A stretch of DNA of 64,000 nt. Origin: a virus. Below are positions 20,557 to 30,210 of this stretch, piece by piece. Every line of letters starts with the position of its first letter. The first letter of the stretch is position 1. The position numbers and the translations under genes were made by a program. Below the pieces are notes generated by a model. It worked only from the letters and a program-made list of their open reading frames with translations, searched no databases and was not told where the DNA came from. Location of the stretch: IMG/VR virus record IMGVR_UViG_3300031521_000001. The stretch is one strand, 5' to 3'.

Positions 20557-22344
20557 ATGAACAAAAATGAAAATGTAGAAGCAATAAAAAAAGAAAATGG
20601 TCCTTCTGGAAGAATGTACGCAGAGAAATACGTTAAAAATAATTATCCTGATATTTTTAATGATGTCATAGAATTTTGTAATGATAAATTGATAGATTTA
20701 CCATTTAAAGAAAAAGTTTATCATTATGTTAATGATTTAAAAGAAATTATATATTGCTCAAATGAAAATTGTCATAATATAGTAAAATTTAAAAATTCAA
20801 CATTGGGCTATAGTAAGCGTTGTTCAAATTCTTGTGTGAGTAGTGATCCTGAAATAAAGAAAGTCAAAGAAGAAAAATCATATGCCAAATACGGAACTAA
20901 AGCACCTGGTATGAATAAAGATATTAAAGAAAAAATGATAAAAACCAATCAAGAAAGATATGGTAGTAATAGTCCTTTGCAAAACGATGAAATACAAAAA
21001 AAATCTAAAGACACATTATTTAAAAATTATGGAGTTAATAATCCAAACAAATCTGAAGAAATAAAAAAATTAAGAATTGAGTCTTTCAAAAAAAGTAATT
21101 ATAAAGAAAATTATACAAAAACTATGATGGCTCGTTATGGAGTAAAATATACTTTTCAGAATGAAGAATTTTTCAAAAAATCTAAAGATACATTATTTAA
21201 AAATTATGGAGTTAATAATCCATATGAAAATAAAGATATATTGAATAAATCTGTGAGTAATAGAAAAAATACAATTAAAAATAATAAAATATTGAATCAA
21301 GATAATAATATAATTGATGTTGATTATGACGCAAGAGAATATTTAATGAATTGTGATTCTGGAAAAAAACACACGTTTAAGATTAGTTTTGAATTATTTA
21401 AATCCAGAAAACAATTTGCAAATTACATGTGTACTGAATGTTTTCCAGAGCATTTTAATCAAACTTCAATGAGTGAATTCGAATTACTTAATTTTATAAA
21501 AGAAAATTATGATGATGAAATTATAGTAAATAGTAAGAAAATTATTTCTCCATATGAATTAGATATTTATTTACCAAAAATGAAACTTGCATTTGAATTT
21601 AATGGTATTTATTGGCACAGTGAAGTATATAAAACAAGTGATTATCATTTAAAAAAGACTGAATTATCAGAAAGTAAAGGAATAAAATTAATTCATGTTT
21701 ATGAAGATGATTGGACAAATAAGAATCATATTATTAAATCAAGAATATTAAATTTATTGAATAAAAATGATAGTGTATTATATGCAAGAAAATGCGAAAT
21801 TAAAGAAATTGCTGATAATATTTTATTGAAAGAATTTTTAGATAAAAATCATATACAAGGATTTATTGGCGCACAAATAAAAATAGGATTATTTTTTGAA
21901 AATGTTCTAGTTAGTTTAATGACATTTGGAAATCAAAGAAAAAATATGGGAATAAAAAGTCATGATGGCTCATATGAACTTTTAAGATTTTGCAACAAAT
22001 TAAATACCAGTGTAGTTGGAGGAGCATCTAAATTATTTAAATATTTTTTAAAAACATATGAATATAATGAAATTGTTACATATGCAGATAGAAGTTGGAG
22101 TCAAGGTGATTTGTATTATAAATTAGGTTTTGAATTCGTTCATAAATCTAAATCTAATTATTATTATGTGATAGATGGTATACGTAAAAATAGATTCAAT
22201 TTCAGAAAAGATATTCTTATAAAAGATGGATATGATAAAAACAAAACAGAACATGAAATAATGTTGGAAAGAAAAATATATAGAATATATGATTCTGGAC
22301 AATTGAAATTTATTTGGAAAATAATTAATATCAATAAACATTAA
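20557..22344 (+). CDS. Hef-like homing endonuclease with KYGV repeats
   Basis: Repeats KKSKDTLFKNYGVNNP; ELDIY..LAFEFNGIYWH nuclease motif; C-terminal YARKC..NHIQG..ELLRFC..VGGASKL..YADR. Confidence 0.7.
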   Translation: MNKNENVEAIKKENGPSGRMYAEKYVKNNYPDIFNDVIEFCNDKLIDLPFKEKVYHYVNDLKEIIYCSNENCHNIVKFKNSTLGYSKRCSNSCVSSDPEIKKVKEEKSYAKYGTKAPGMNKDIKEKMIKTNQERYGSNSPLQNDEIQKKSKDTLFKNYGVNNPNKSEEIKKLRIESFKKSNYKENYTKTMMARYGVKYTFQNEEFFKKSKDTLFKNYGVNNPYENKDILNKSVSNRKNTIKNNKILNQDNNIIDVDYDAREYLMNCDSGKKHTFKISFELFKSRKQFANYMCTECFPEHFNQTSMSEFELLNFIKENYDDEIIVNSKKIISPYELDIYLPKMKLAFEFNGIYWHSEVYKTSDYHLKKTELSESKGIKLIHVYEDDWTNKNHIIKSRILNLLNKNDSVLYARKCEIKEIADNILLKEFLDKNHIQGFIGAQIKIGLFFENVLVSLMTFGNQRKNMGIKSHDGSYELLRFCNKLNTSVVGGASKLFKYFLKTYEYNEIVTYADRSWSQGDLYYKLGFEFVHKSKSNYYYVIDGIRKNRFNFRKDILIKDGYDKNKTEHEIMLERKIYRIYDSGQLKFIWKIININKH

Positions 22345-22448
22345 TTAAATATAAACATTAATTAAAAAAATTTAGAATATAGAAAAATAGTAGTATCTTT
22401 GTATATTCAAAAAAAAATTAATATATACAACAAAAACAAATAAAGATT

Positions 22449-22790
22449 ATGAAAAAAATTAAAACATTTGAAGAACAACAGAATTATTTAGGTGTAGAAG
22501 ATTATCGAAAAGAAATTGTAAAAAGTGATGGTATTAAAAAATCTATTTTTTTTAATGTTATTAAAAGTGGTAAGATTTCTGGTTTGACAGATGAAGAAAT
22601 AGAAGAATTTAAAAAATTTATTTTATCTTTAGAAAAACATGATGCTATTATGATTTTATTAAAATTTATTGATAATAATATTAAAAATAATAGTATTGGA
22701 TCTAATAATAAGATGAGCTTATTTTTATCAGATGATAGATTTTGTGAATTATATAATTATGCAATTGAAAGTTTTAATAAGTATAACTAA
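22449..22790 (+). CDS. small protein with MKKIKTFEE N-terminal tag
   Basis: Tag family, see findings. Confidence 0.7.
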   Translation: MKKIKTFEEQQNYLGVEDYRKEIVKSDGIKKSIFFNVIKSGKISGLTDEEIEEFKKFILSLEKHDAIMILLKFIDNNIKNNSIGSNNKMSLFLSDDRFCELYNYAIESFNKYN

Positions 22791-22806
22791 TTTAAAAATC
22801 AAAAAT

Positions 22807-23520
22807 ATGAAAGTAACAACAGAAGATTGCATCAAATTAATAGTTGAACATTTAATTGAGAAAGAACACAACTTCACCAATGCTAAAGATTGGAAAAGGA
22901 TTTCTAAATCAGGCACAGGTGATAATATCATCCGTAAGTTTCAAAACAAAGTTTCAAATAGAGAAATCTATGTCAGAGCAAGTGAATCTGAAATATTTGA
23001 AGTTAGTGATAAAGAGTTTGGAATGGTAACTAACTTTAAAAAATTCTCATCGTTAACTTCAGATTTGGAAAAAGATTTTCCATATAAAGAAGTTTTTGAT
23101 TATGCTACTGTGTATTTAAAAGAAAAACCATCATATGGTGATTTATCTGGTAGTATTGATGATGATGAAATGAAAGAAGATGAATATAAAAAATTTGAAA
23201 TTGAAAAAGGAACAAGAATAGGGTTTGGTGAACAAGATGGAACTGACAATCAAGGTGAATATAATGATGATTTTGTAATTAAAGGTGTCATAGATTTCAC
23301 AAAAAAAGGATATTATTATAATTATGAAGAAAGATTTATATGTGATGGTATTATTACTTTTGAAGTTGAGAAAGGTAACGGTTATGTACCATCTCAAGAA
23401 CCTGTTGATTTAATTGAAACTGATTATGATAATGGAGGTGGTGAAAAAATAAATAATAAATCTAAAATTAAAAAACTGGTTGGTTTGTATAAATTAAATG
23501 TTCTTTTGATTGGTGTATAA
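22807..23520 (+). CDS. hypothetical protein
   Basis: Start moved to ATG 22807 (MKVTTEDC) to avoid overlap with the upstream gene. Confidence 0.7.
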   Translation: MKVTTEDCIKLIVEHLIEKEHNFTNAKDWKRISKSGTGDNIIRKFQNKVSNREIYVRASESEIFEVSDKEFGMVTNFKKFSSLTSDLEKDFPYKEVFDYATVYLKEKPSYGDLSGSIDDDEMKEDEYKKFEIEKGTRIGFGEQDGTDNQGEYNDDFVIKGVIDFTKKGYYYNYEERFICDGIITFEVEKGNGYVPSQEPVDLIETDYDNGGGEKINNKSKIKKLVGLYKLNVLLIGV

Positions 23521-23533
23521 ATAATTAAAAACA

Positions 23534-23573
23534 AATAAATAAACAAAAAGAGAAATAATTTAATTATTTCTCT
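23534..23573. terminator. bidirectional terminator, copy 2 of the 40-bp direct repeat
   Basis: 39/40 identical to 20454-20493; lies between convergent genes. Confidence 0.75.
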
Positions 23574-23579
23574 CTTTTT

Positions 23580-23981
23580 TTATACATTGTATTTTTTTGT
23601 GTGTTTTTCTAATTCTAATTTTTCCTCCAATTCTCCTTTTTTATGATTGTATAAAGTGAAAGTTTGAGTTTTATTTATCTTTCTATTTGTTAAACCATAC
23701 CATATATTATTCATATTAACTAATATATCGTATTCATAAACTGAAGAATATTCATCAACTAATTTAATGTCTTTACATCTTCCAGTTATATTTTTTGCTG
23801 TATATATATAATTATCATCTTCATCATAAATTCGATAACATTGAAATGTTATTATATTATTTAATATCATTTCTTTAAGTAAATCAAAAAAATCAATATC
23901 ATATGTTAGACAATCATCCATCAATTCTTTAATTGATATCTCTGTATTTTTTAAGTCTTCAAAAGTTTTTATGTATCTCAT
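23580..23981 (-). CDS. tagged small protein (MRYIKTFED...KKYNV)
   Basis: Both terminal motifs present. Confidence 0.7.
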   Translation of the reverse strand: MRYIKTFEDLKNTEISIKELMDDCLTYDIDFFDLLKEMILNNIITFQCYRIYDEDDNYIYTAKNITGRCKDIKLVDEYSSVYEYDILVNMNNIWYGLTNRKINKTQTFTLYNHKKGELEEKLELEKHTKKYNV

Positions 23982-24026
23982 AACAATATATATAAAAATA
24001 AAATTATTAAATTAATATATAATGAT

Positions 24027-24386
24027 ATGAAACATTTGAAAATATACGAAGACTATGAAGAATCAGATATTAAAATCGGAAATTATGTTGTACTTAATAT
24101 AAAAAAAGAAGATATTATTTGGTACGGTCAGAGTAATGACAAAAAGAAAAAGATAGTAGAATTTACCAATAATACAATAGGAGAGATTGTTAATATAAAA
24201 GAAGGCTATTATGAAAAGGAGATAACAGTTAAATATAATGACATACCATTTGATATAGATTTCTATTTTGGTAAAGAGAAATCTATTGTTGTAAATTCAA
24301 AAGAAATTTTTGATGTTTCTGATGAAAAACAAGAATTAATAGATAGATATAATTTAAGACAAAATGCAAACAAATTTAATGTGTAA
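24027..24386 (+). CDS. tagged small protein (MKHLKIYED...NKFNV)
   Basis: Both terminal motifs present; SH3-like IKIGNYV core. Confidence 0.7.
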   Translation: MKHLKIYEDYEESDIKIGNYVVLNIKKEDIIWYGQSNDKKKKIVEFTNNTIGEIVNIKEGYYEKEITVKYNDIPFDIDFYFGKEKSIVVNSKEIFDVSDEKQELIDRYNLRQNANKFNV

Positions 24387-24388
24387 AT

Positions 24389-24919
24389 ATGAAGTTGAAA
24401 AGATTTAATGAAAGTATAGAAGATGATGATAATACCTACTTAGATATACTATATGATAAGATTAAAAATGATAAAAAAACCATTAATGATTTCGAATTTT
24501 ACGTGGATAGTAGTTCAGGCTCTTTTGTATGGAGTTCTAATGATTTTGTGATATATGCCACTCCATATTGGGAAGATGGACAATTTCTTCCTATAAATGT
24601 AATTAACTTTGATGGAGATGAAATATACGATAAACAAATAAAAATGAAAATTCTTAATTCTCAAAAATCTATTGATGATACCATAAAATACTATTACGAA
24701 ATAATAGATTCATTGACTTTAGATTTAAATAAAATTTCAGAATTGATAAAAGTATCAGAAATTATATTAAATAAATTACCAAATATAACTGTTGGTGATC
24801 TTACTGTGTCATCAGTTGATAATATAAAAACACTTTCAATTAACAAATCACTTGAAATATATGATTTCTTAATTGATAAATATCCTGAACTATTTATAAT
24901 ATCAAAATATAATGTATAA
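24389..24919 (+). CDS. tagged small protein (MKLKRFNES...SKYNV)
   Basis: Both terminal motifs present. Confidence 0.7.
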   Translation: MKLKRFNESIEDDDNTYLDILYDKIKNDKKTINDFEFYVDSSSGSFVWSSNDFVIYATPYWEDGQFLPINVINFDGDEIYDKQIKMKILNSQKSIDDTIKYYYEIIDSLTLDLNKISELIKVSEIILNKLPNITVGDLTVSSVDNIKTLSINKSLEIYDFLIDKYPELFIISKYNV

Positions 24920-25096
24920 ACCTATTATATATAAATATTTTTTTTTGATTTTTTTATTTGTATACTAAAAAATCAATATATAAGCAACTATTTAGGTAAT
25001 TAAAAATATTTGTTTATTTTTTTGATTACAGTGTGTTAAATTTAATATATAGAACTGAATTATATATTTAATTTATAAAAAATAATCTAATAAAAA

Positions 25097-25660
25097 ATGG
25101 GATTAGCACACTTTACAACAGTGGATACGGCAAGAGAAAAATGGGAGCCTATTCACAAAAATTTATATGAAGTAACAATTATTTTACCAACTGTTCTTCA
25201 GTCACTACATCCAAATGCAACTCACCTTCTTTTGGAAAATACTAAATCAGCAAAATTCCCAACTTATCCTGATTTGTCAACTGGTGTACAAAGATTCAAA
25301 TACTCTACAAGAGCATTTGTTATGATGCCAGAAAAAACTCACATTGATGATTTATCTATCTCTTTTAATCTTAACCAAAATGACGACTATCAAATCTTTT
25401 GCTTCAAAATTCTAAAAGACTGGTACGATTTAGGTTGGAATAATGAAACTGGCACTCTTCATTATAAGAAAAATCTTGTTGGTGATATTATTATTCATGC
25501 ACACGATAAAGAAGGTAAAGTTATTCGTAGGGTAACATACCATAACGCCATGATGAAAAGTTTCACTGGATTCGAAGAACTAAGCTGGGAAAGCTCAACT
25601 GATATCTTTGATTTGACTGCAAACTTTGTAGCCGACTACTGGGAAGATTTTTACTACTAA
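25097..25660 (+). CDS. tail tube protein (T4 gp19-like)
   Basis: 187 aa downstream of the sheath; NLYEV, LKDWYDL, YKKNLVGDI, ANFVADYW; codon usage suggests high expression. Confidence 0.75.
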   Translation: MGLAHFTTVDTAREKWEPIHKNLYEVTIILPTVLQSLHPNATHLLLENTKSAKFPTYPDLSTGVQRFKYSTRAFVMMPEKTHIDDLSISFNLNQNDDYQIFCFKILKDWYDLGWNNETGTLHYKKNLVGDIIIHAHDKEGKVIRRVTYHNAMMKSFTGFEELSWESSTDIFDLTANFVADYWEDFYY

Positions 25661-25777
25661 GTCATTAAAAATCAATGACTTACAACTTAAATATAAATAG
25701 TTTAAATTATTGAGAAGAAAAATTGAACAAAACCTGATTATTTTTATATATAAAGTATAAAATTAATCAGGTTTATT

Positions 25778-26506
25778 ATGTTATATAAAAAATGTAGAGT
25801 TTGTGAAGACATCAAAGAAATTGATGAGTTTCACATGAAAAAAGGTTCACCAGATGGGCATAGAAATGAATGTAAAGAATGTGTTAAAGATATTCAAAAG
25901 AAATATAAAGAAGCGCCAGGGTTTAAAGAAAAAAGAAAATTATACGATGAGAATCGTTATACAGAAAATAGAGAAGCTATTTTAGAACACAAGAAAGATT
26001 ATCATATTGAAAACAGAGAAAAGATTTTAGCTGATAAAAAGATTTACAGAAAAGAAAATAAAGATAGTATAAAAAAATATCTTGATAATTATAGAGAAGA
26101 ACACAGAGAAGAAATGAGAGATTATGTTAAAAATAATCCAGATAAGAATTCAAAAAATCAAATAAAGTATAGAGAAAATAATCCTCACATTATTGCATGG
26201 AGATCAGTTTTACATTCTACAATAAAAAGATTTGGTACAATAAAAGAAGGACATACAATAGACATATTAGGATATTCTGCATTAGAATTTAAGATTAGCA
26301 TTGAAAGTAAATTCACTACTAATATGAGTTGGAATAATTATGGTGATTGGCATATAGACCATATAAAAGGTGTGATAAATTTTTCAAGTGATTCTGACAT
26401 AAGAGAGGTGTGTTCATTAAATAATTTGCAGCCTTTGTGGGCTACAACAAGAGAGATAGATGGTATTATTTATGAAGGAAATTTAAATAAATCAAAGTAT
26501 ATTTGA
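25778..26506 (+). CDS. HNH homing endonuclease
   Basis: CRVC..CKEC zinc module, MSWNNYGDWHIDHIK, NLQPLW, NLNK. Confidence 0.8.
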   Translation: MLYKKCRVCEDIKEIDEFHMKKGSPDGHRNECKECVKDIQKKYKEAPGFKEKRKLYDENRYTENREAILEHKKDYHIENREKILADKKIYRKENKDSIKKYLDNYREEHREEMRDYVKNNPDKNSKNQIKYRENNPHIIAWRSVLHSTIKRFGTIKEGHTIDILGYSALEFKISIESKFTTNMSWNNYGDWHIDHIKGVINFSSDSDIREVCSLNNLQPLWATTREIDGIIYEGNLNKSKYI

Positions 26507-26522
26507 ACAAAAAAAGAATCCA

Positions 26523-26753
26523 TTAGGATTCTTTTTTTATTTCATGCTTGAAGATTTCATGAGGTGTTTTTATACACATGACAATTAATATTATTATAGT
26601 TAAATAATCTACAAATATTACATCACTTGATGTACATCCTGAAACACCACAAATTAATCCTACACAAAATGCCATCAATATTGGGATTAAAGATTTCCAT
26701 TTCCATTCTTTTCTCCATGCGAATATTGTTAGAATAATTTCGATTATGCCCAT
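26523..26753 (-). CDS. small membrane protein
   Basis: Three hydrophobic segments. Confidence 0.6.
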   Translation of the reverse strand: MGIIEIILTIFAWRKEWKWKSLIPILMAFCVGLICGVSGCTSSDVIFVDYLTIIILIVMCIKTPHEIFKHEIKKES

Positions 26754-26871
26754 ATTTTTATTTTATATAATAAGATATAACATTAAAGTTTATATAATTT
26801 GATTTTTGGTTGATATTTATTTTATAGGGGGTACAGAATCATTTTATATATAATAGAAAATAATTAAATAT

Positions 26872-27831
26872 ATGAGTAATTTCAATGATAAGAAAGAAGA
26901 AGATGCATTATCTTATTTAGAAAATAATTTTATTAGTGATGATAAAGATGATGTAATTTCTATAAAAAAACCAGATATGTCATATTTGGATAATAATACG
27001 CCGTCAAATGAATACACTATGATTCCATTTGATATTTTACCATGTGGTATATTTTATAAAAATGGGACAAAACTTAGTATTAGAGCGGCTAGAGTTCAGG
27101 AAGTTCAAGCATATTCTGTGGTTGATGATAAAAATTATTTAGACATAACTGAAAAAATGAATCAGATATTAAGTTCTTGTGTAAGATTTTTTCATCCAAA
27201 TGGTAAACAAGGTTCTTATAAAGATATTCGTGATGGTGATAGATTGTCATTGATTTTCATGATAAGGGAGTTGACATTTCCAGGAGGTAAGAATTTATCA
27301 AAAGAAGTAGTTTGCGGAAATTGTGGAAAAGAATTTAAGATGGAATTAAGAGCTACTAGTTCTGATACTGTTGAGAAATCTTTCGTTAATCATGATATGC
27401 CTGAAAAATTAAAGAAATTCTATGATCCAATTAACAAAGTTTTTGTTTTTAATATTGATGGAATTGATTATAATTTAGCGCCACCTACAATTGGTATACA
27501 AGAGATATTTTTTGGTGATATTAAAAATAAAATTCAGATTGAAAAAAATCCTAATGTAGCATTTTTGAAATTAGCTTCATTTTTATTGCATGATAGAAAT
27601 AATATAACTGAAGATGGTATAAAAGTAAAAGAACAAGAATTTAAAAGGATGGATATGAAAAATTTTCAGATTTTAAATCAAGCTGTTAATAAGATGTTAT
27701 TTGGTATAAAAGAGATGAAGAATCAATGTCCAGAATGTGGAATGGAGGTCCACACTGATATGAGCTTTCCCACAGGAGCCTCAAATATTTTCGTTATTCC
27801 AGATGCCTTTGATGACTATTTTGGACAATAA
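26872..27831 (+). CDS. baseplate hub subunit (T4 gp26-like)
   Basis: LPCGIFY, GDRLSLIFMIRELTF, CGNCG and C-terminal CPECG; tail gene context. Confidence 0.65.
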   Translation: MSNFNDKKEEDALSYLENNFISDDKDDVISIKKPDMSYLDNNTPSNEYTMIPFDILPCGIFYKNGTKLSIRAARVQEVQAYSVVDDKNYLDITEKMNQILSSCVRFFHPNGKQGSYKDIRDGDRLSLIFMIRELTFPGGKNLSKEVVCGNCGKEFKMELRATSSDTVEKSFVNHDMPEKLKKFYDPINKVFVFNIDGIDYNLAPPTIGIQEIFFGDIKNKIQIEKNPNVAFLKLASFLLHDRNNITEDGIKVKEQEFKRMDMKNFQILNQAVNKMLFGIKEMKNQCPECGMEVHTDMSFPTGASNIFVIPDAFDDYFGQ

Positions 27832-28051
27832 ATTTGGATTTATGGATGCTGATCATATAGCACCTAGATATATAAATGAATTAGGTTGGTGGGAATATGA
27901 GGAATATGTAAAAAGATTAAATGCAAGAATTGAAAGAGATAATAAGCAGCAAAAAGAATCATCAAGTGATAATTCAGGAGCATCAAATTACTCAAATAAA
28001 ATTCCTAACATGAATTCTGTAATGAATAATTTGGGTAGATATAAGCCATAA
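27803..28051 (+). CDS. baseplate hub assembly protein (T4 gp51-like)
   Basis: INELGWWEYEEYVKRLNARIE resembles the gp51 PWER helix; overlaps the gp26-like gene. Confidence 0.5.
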   Translation: MPLMTILDNKFGFMDADHIAPRYINELGWWEYEEYVKRLNARIERDNKQQKESSSDNSGASNYSNKIPNMNSVMNNLGRYKP

Positions 28052-28094
28052 AATAAAATCACTATTTTTAATAGTGATTTTTTATATATAACAT

Positions 28095-28532
28095 ATGTTT
28101 AAAAAATTTAAAGATTATATATCAAATAATAGTACGGCTTCTTCTAATATCGAAGAATCTCAGGAAGAACTTAATTTTATGTTAAATAATTCAATTCGTA
28201 CCTGTGATTATTGTGACTTCAACTATTCAATAAATAAAGGTGCTGATATTAATAATATTACTATTGGAGGAAAGGATAAAGATGACGATGATTATTATGT
28301 ATCTCCTTTGATATTGTGCATTATATATGATAGAATAAAGATGTTTAAAAAACTCATTGATTTGAATGTTGATTTAATTAATGTTATATCTGATGATGAT
28401 ATTTATGATTATATTATGAAAATGATGACAGTTGATAATAGAAAAAATATCATAAAATACATTATTGAAAAACATCCAGATTTCATGAAAGATTATGAAA
28501 TCAGGCAAAACTCAAAAAAGTATAATATTTAA
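28095..28532 (+). CDS. ankyrin-repeat-like protein with C-terminal KKYNI
   Basis: INKGADIN, SPLILC..KKLIDLNVDL. Confidence 0.6.
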   Translation: MFKKFKDYISNNSTASSNIEESQEELNFMLNNSIRTCDYCDFNYSINKGADINNITIGGKDKDDDDYYVSPLILCIIYDRIKMFKKLIDLNVDLINVISDDDIYDYIMKMMTVDNRKNIIKYIIEKHPDFMKDYEIRQNSKKYNI

Positions 28533-28609
28533 TAAAAATAGTTAATTTATTTAGTTAATTTATTTGATTTTAATTATTTATATATATACCAAAATCAAAA
28601 ATTATAAAT

Positions 28610-28825
28610 ATGTCAAAAATAATGAATTTTCAAAAATTTTTAAGTGAAGCACTTGCAATGACATCCGATGAATTATCTGTTATTGATGACATGACAGATA
28701 ATATTGATTGGAAAGAAGGAGATAAATTTGCATTTATAGATTTTAATGGTATAAAAGATATACCTATTAGTATTAGTAATAAAAAAAGTAGAAGAGATTT
28801 AATTGATATTAAGAATAAAAACTAA
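28610..28825 (+). CDS. small protein with N-terminal tag (IMNFQKFLSE)
   Basis: 71 aa, late motif upstream. Confidence 0.55.
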   Translation: MSKIMNFQKFLSEALAMTSDELSVIDDMTDNIDWKEGDKFAFIDFNGIKDIPISISNKKSRRDLIDIKNKN

Positions 28826-28844
28826 ATGTAATTTATAATATTAT

Positions 28845-29327
28845 ATGGTGAAATTTGATGAGTATATAGTTGAATTCAAAAAATATCAAGAAAAAGAGGT
28901 AAAATCTCATAAACTTTCTGGTGTTGTTCTTATATGTAATAATAAGATATTATTAGTAAGACCAAAAAAATTCAAGAAAAAAGAGAAAAAGTGGTCTATT
29001 CCAAAGGGACATATTGAGGATGATATGAGCAAAATAAAAACAGCTATCACGGAATTAAGGGAAGAAGCTGGAATAAAGATCGCAAAGAAACAAATTAATT
29101 CTAGTGATAAATTTGTTATTGAGTATCAAAAATCTGGAGTTAATAAAAATTTAACTTGTTATGTGGTAGATATTGAATATATAGATATCAACATAAAATT
29201 AGTTAATGATATGATTTTGAAGAATTTTTTAAAAAATGAGATTGTAGAAGCTGGATTTTTTACAAAAAAAGCTGCTGAAGAACTTATAGAAGATAATCAA
29301 TTAGATATACTAAAAATTTTAAAATAA
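28845..29327 (+). CDS. NUDIX hydrolase
   Basis: Nudix box WSIPKGHIEDDMSKIKTAITELREEAGI. Confidence 0.85.
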   Translation: MVKFDEYIVEFKKYQEKEVKSHKLSGVVLICNNKILLVRPKKFKKKEKKWSIPKGHIEDDMSKIKTAITELREEAGIKIAKKQINSSDKFVIEYQKSGVNKNLTCYVVDIEYIDINIKLVNDMILKNFLKNEIVEAGFFTKKAAEELIEDNQLDILKILK

Positions 29328-29328
29328 T

Positions 29329-30210
29329 ATGGGTAAAGAAATCGCCTTTTTTGATCTGGATAATACACTTTGGTACATAAAGAGTGATATATGGTTAATT
29401 GATAAAAATAAACCATCTGTGCCTATATTAAAGATTTCTCCCATTGAATTTGCGTTAGTGAAAAGTGGAATTTATTCAAAGGATGAATTACCAGTTGATT
29501 ATAACGGAGAAACATTTTGTATTTCTAAAGATATGTTGGAAAGAGTACAAAGAAAAAATAGAAATATTAGATTATCTAATTTAGGAATATCATATAGTGA
29601 ATTTTTCAATGAAGATATTTTAAATGATAAAAATGTTATACTATTATTAGATAATGTGAAGCATCTTATTGGTAAAGATATCGAAATAGGAGTTTTGACA
29701 GCTAGAAGTGATAGAAAAAAACACTCAAATTTATTAAATAAATTAAGAACCAAATTAAATGAATATGGATTAGAAATAAGTAAAATTTATTTTGTGTCTG
29801 AATCAATTAGATCTACTGGCTTTATGGATAAAATTATTTATGATAAAAACAAAGTTCTATTGGAACATATGATAGGGTTGACAATTGAGGATAAACGTTT
29901 TGTTCCAATTAAAAAGGAAGCTTATGATAAAGTTTATTTTTATGACGATGTTAAGTCCAATTTTATGAATACTAATAATTTACAGGATTATTTTGATTTT
30001 TTGATACGAAATAGCGATGACGAGTGTATAGAATATATAACAAATAGAATAAAAAATAACAACATATCTTTAATAAATAATTTAGTGAGTAACAATACAG
30101 TTAATCCTTTCGAAACTAAATTAATAGAATTAAAAACACCTATTAAATATCCAATTAAAGTTTCTGGTGATAAGCTTACTGTCAAATTCGATAATTTTAA
30201 AAAAAATTAA
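29329..30210 (+). CDS. HAD-superfamily phosphatase-like protein
   Basis: FFDLDNTL (motif I), LTARS (motif II), FYDD (motif IV). Confidence 0.65.
   Translation: MGKEIAFFDLDNTLWYIKSDIWLIDKNKPSVPILKISPIEFALVKSGIYSKDELPVDYNGETFCISKDMLERVQRKNRNIRLSNLGISYSEFFNEDILNDKNVILLLDNVKHLIGKDIEIGVLTARSDRKKHSNLLNKLRTKLNEYGLEISKIYFVSESIRSTGFMDKIIYDKNKVLLEHMIGLTIEDKRFVPIKKEAYDKVYFYDDVKSNFMNTNNLQDYFDFLIRNSDDECIEYITNRIKNNNISLINNLVSNNTVNPFETKLIELKTPIKYPIKVSGDKLTVKFDNFKKN

Noticed and set aside
27803-27831. Programmed frameshift joining the gp26-like and gp51-like ORFs
   Set aside because: No clear slippery heptamer, and the second ORF has its own ATG. A short overlap is ordinary.
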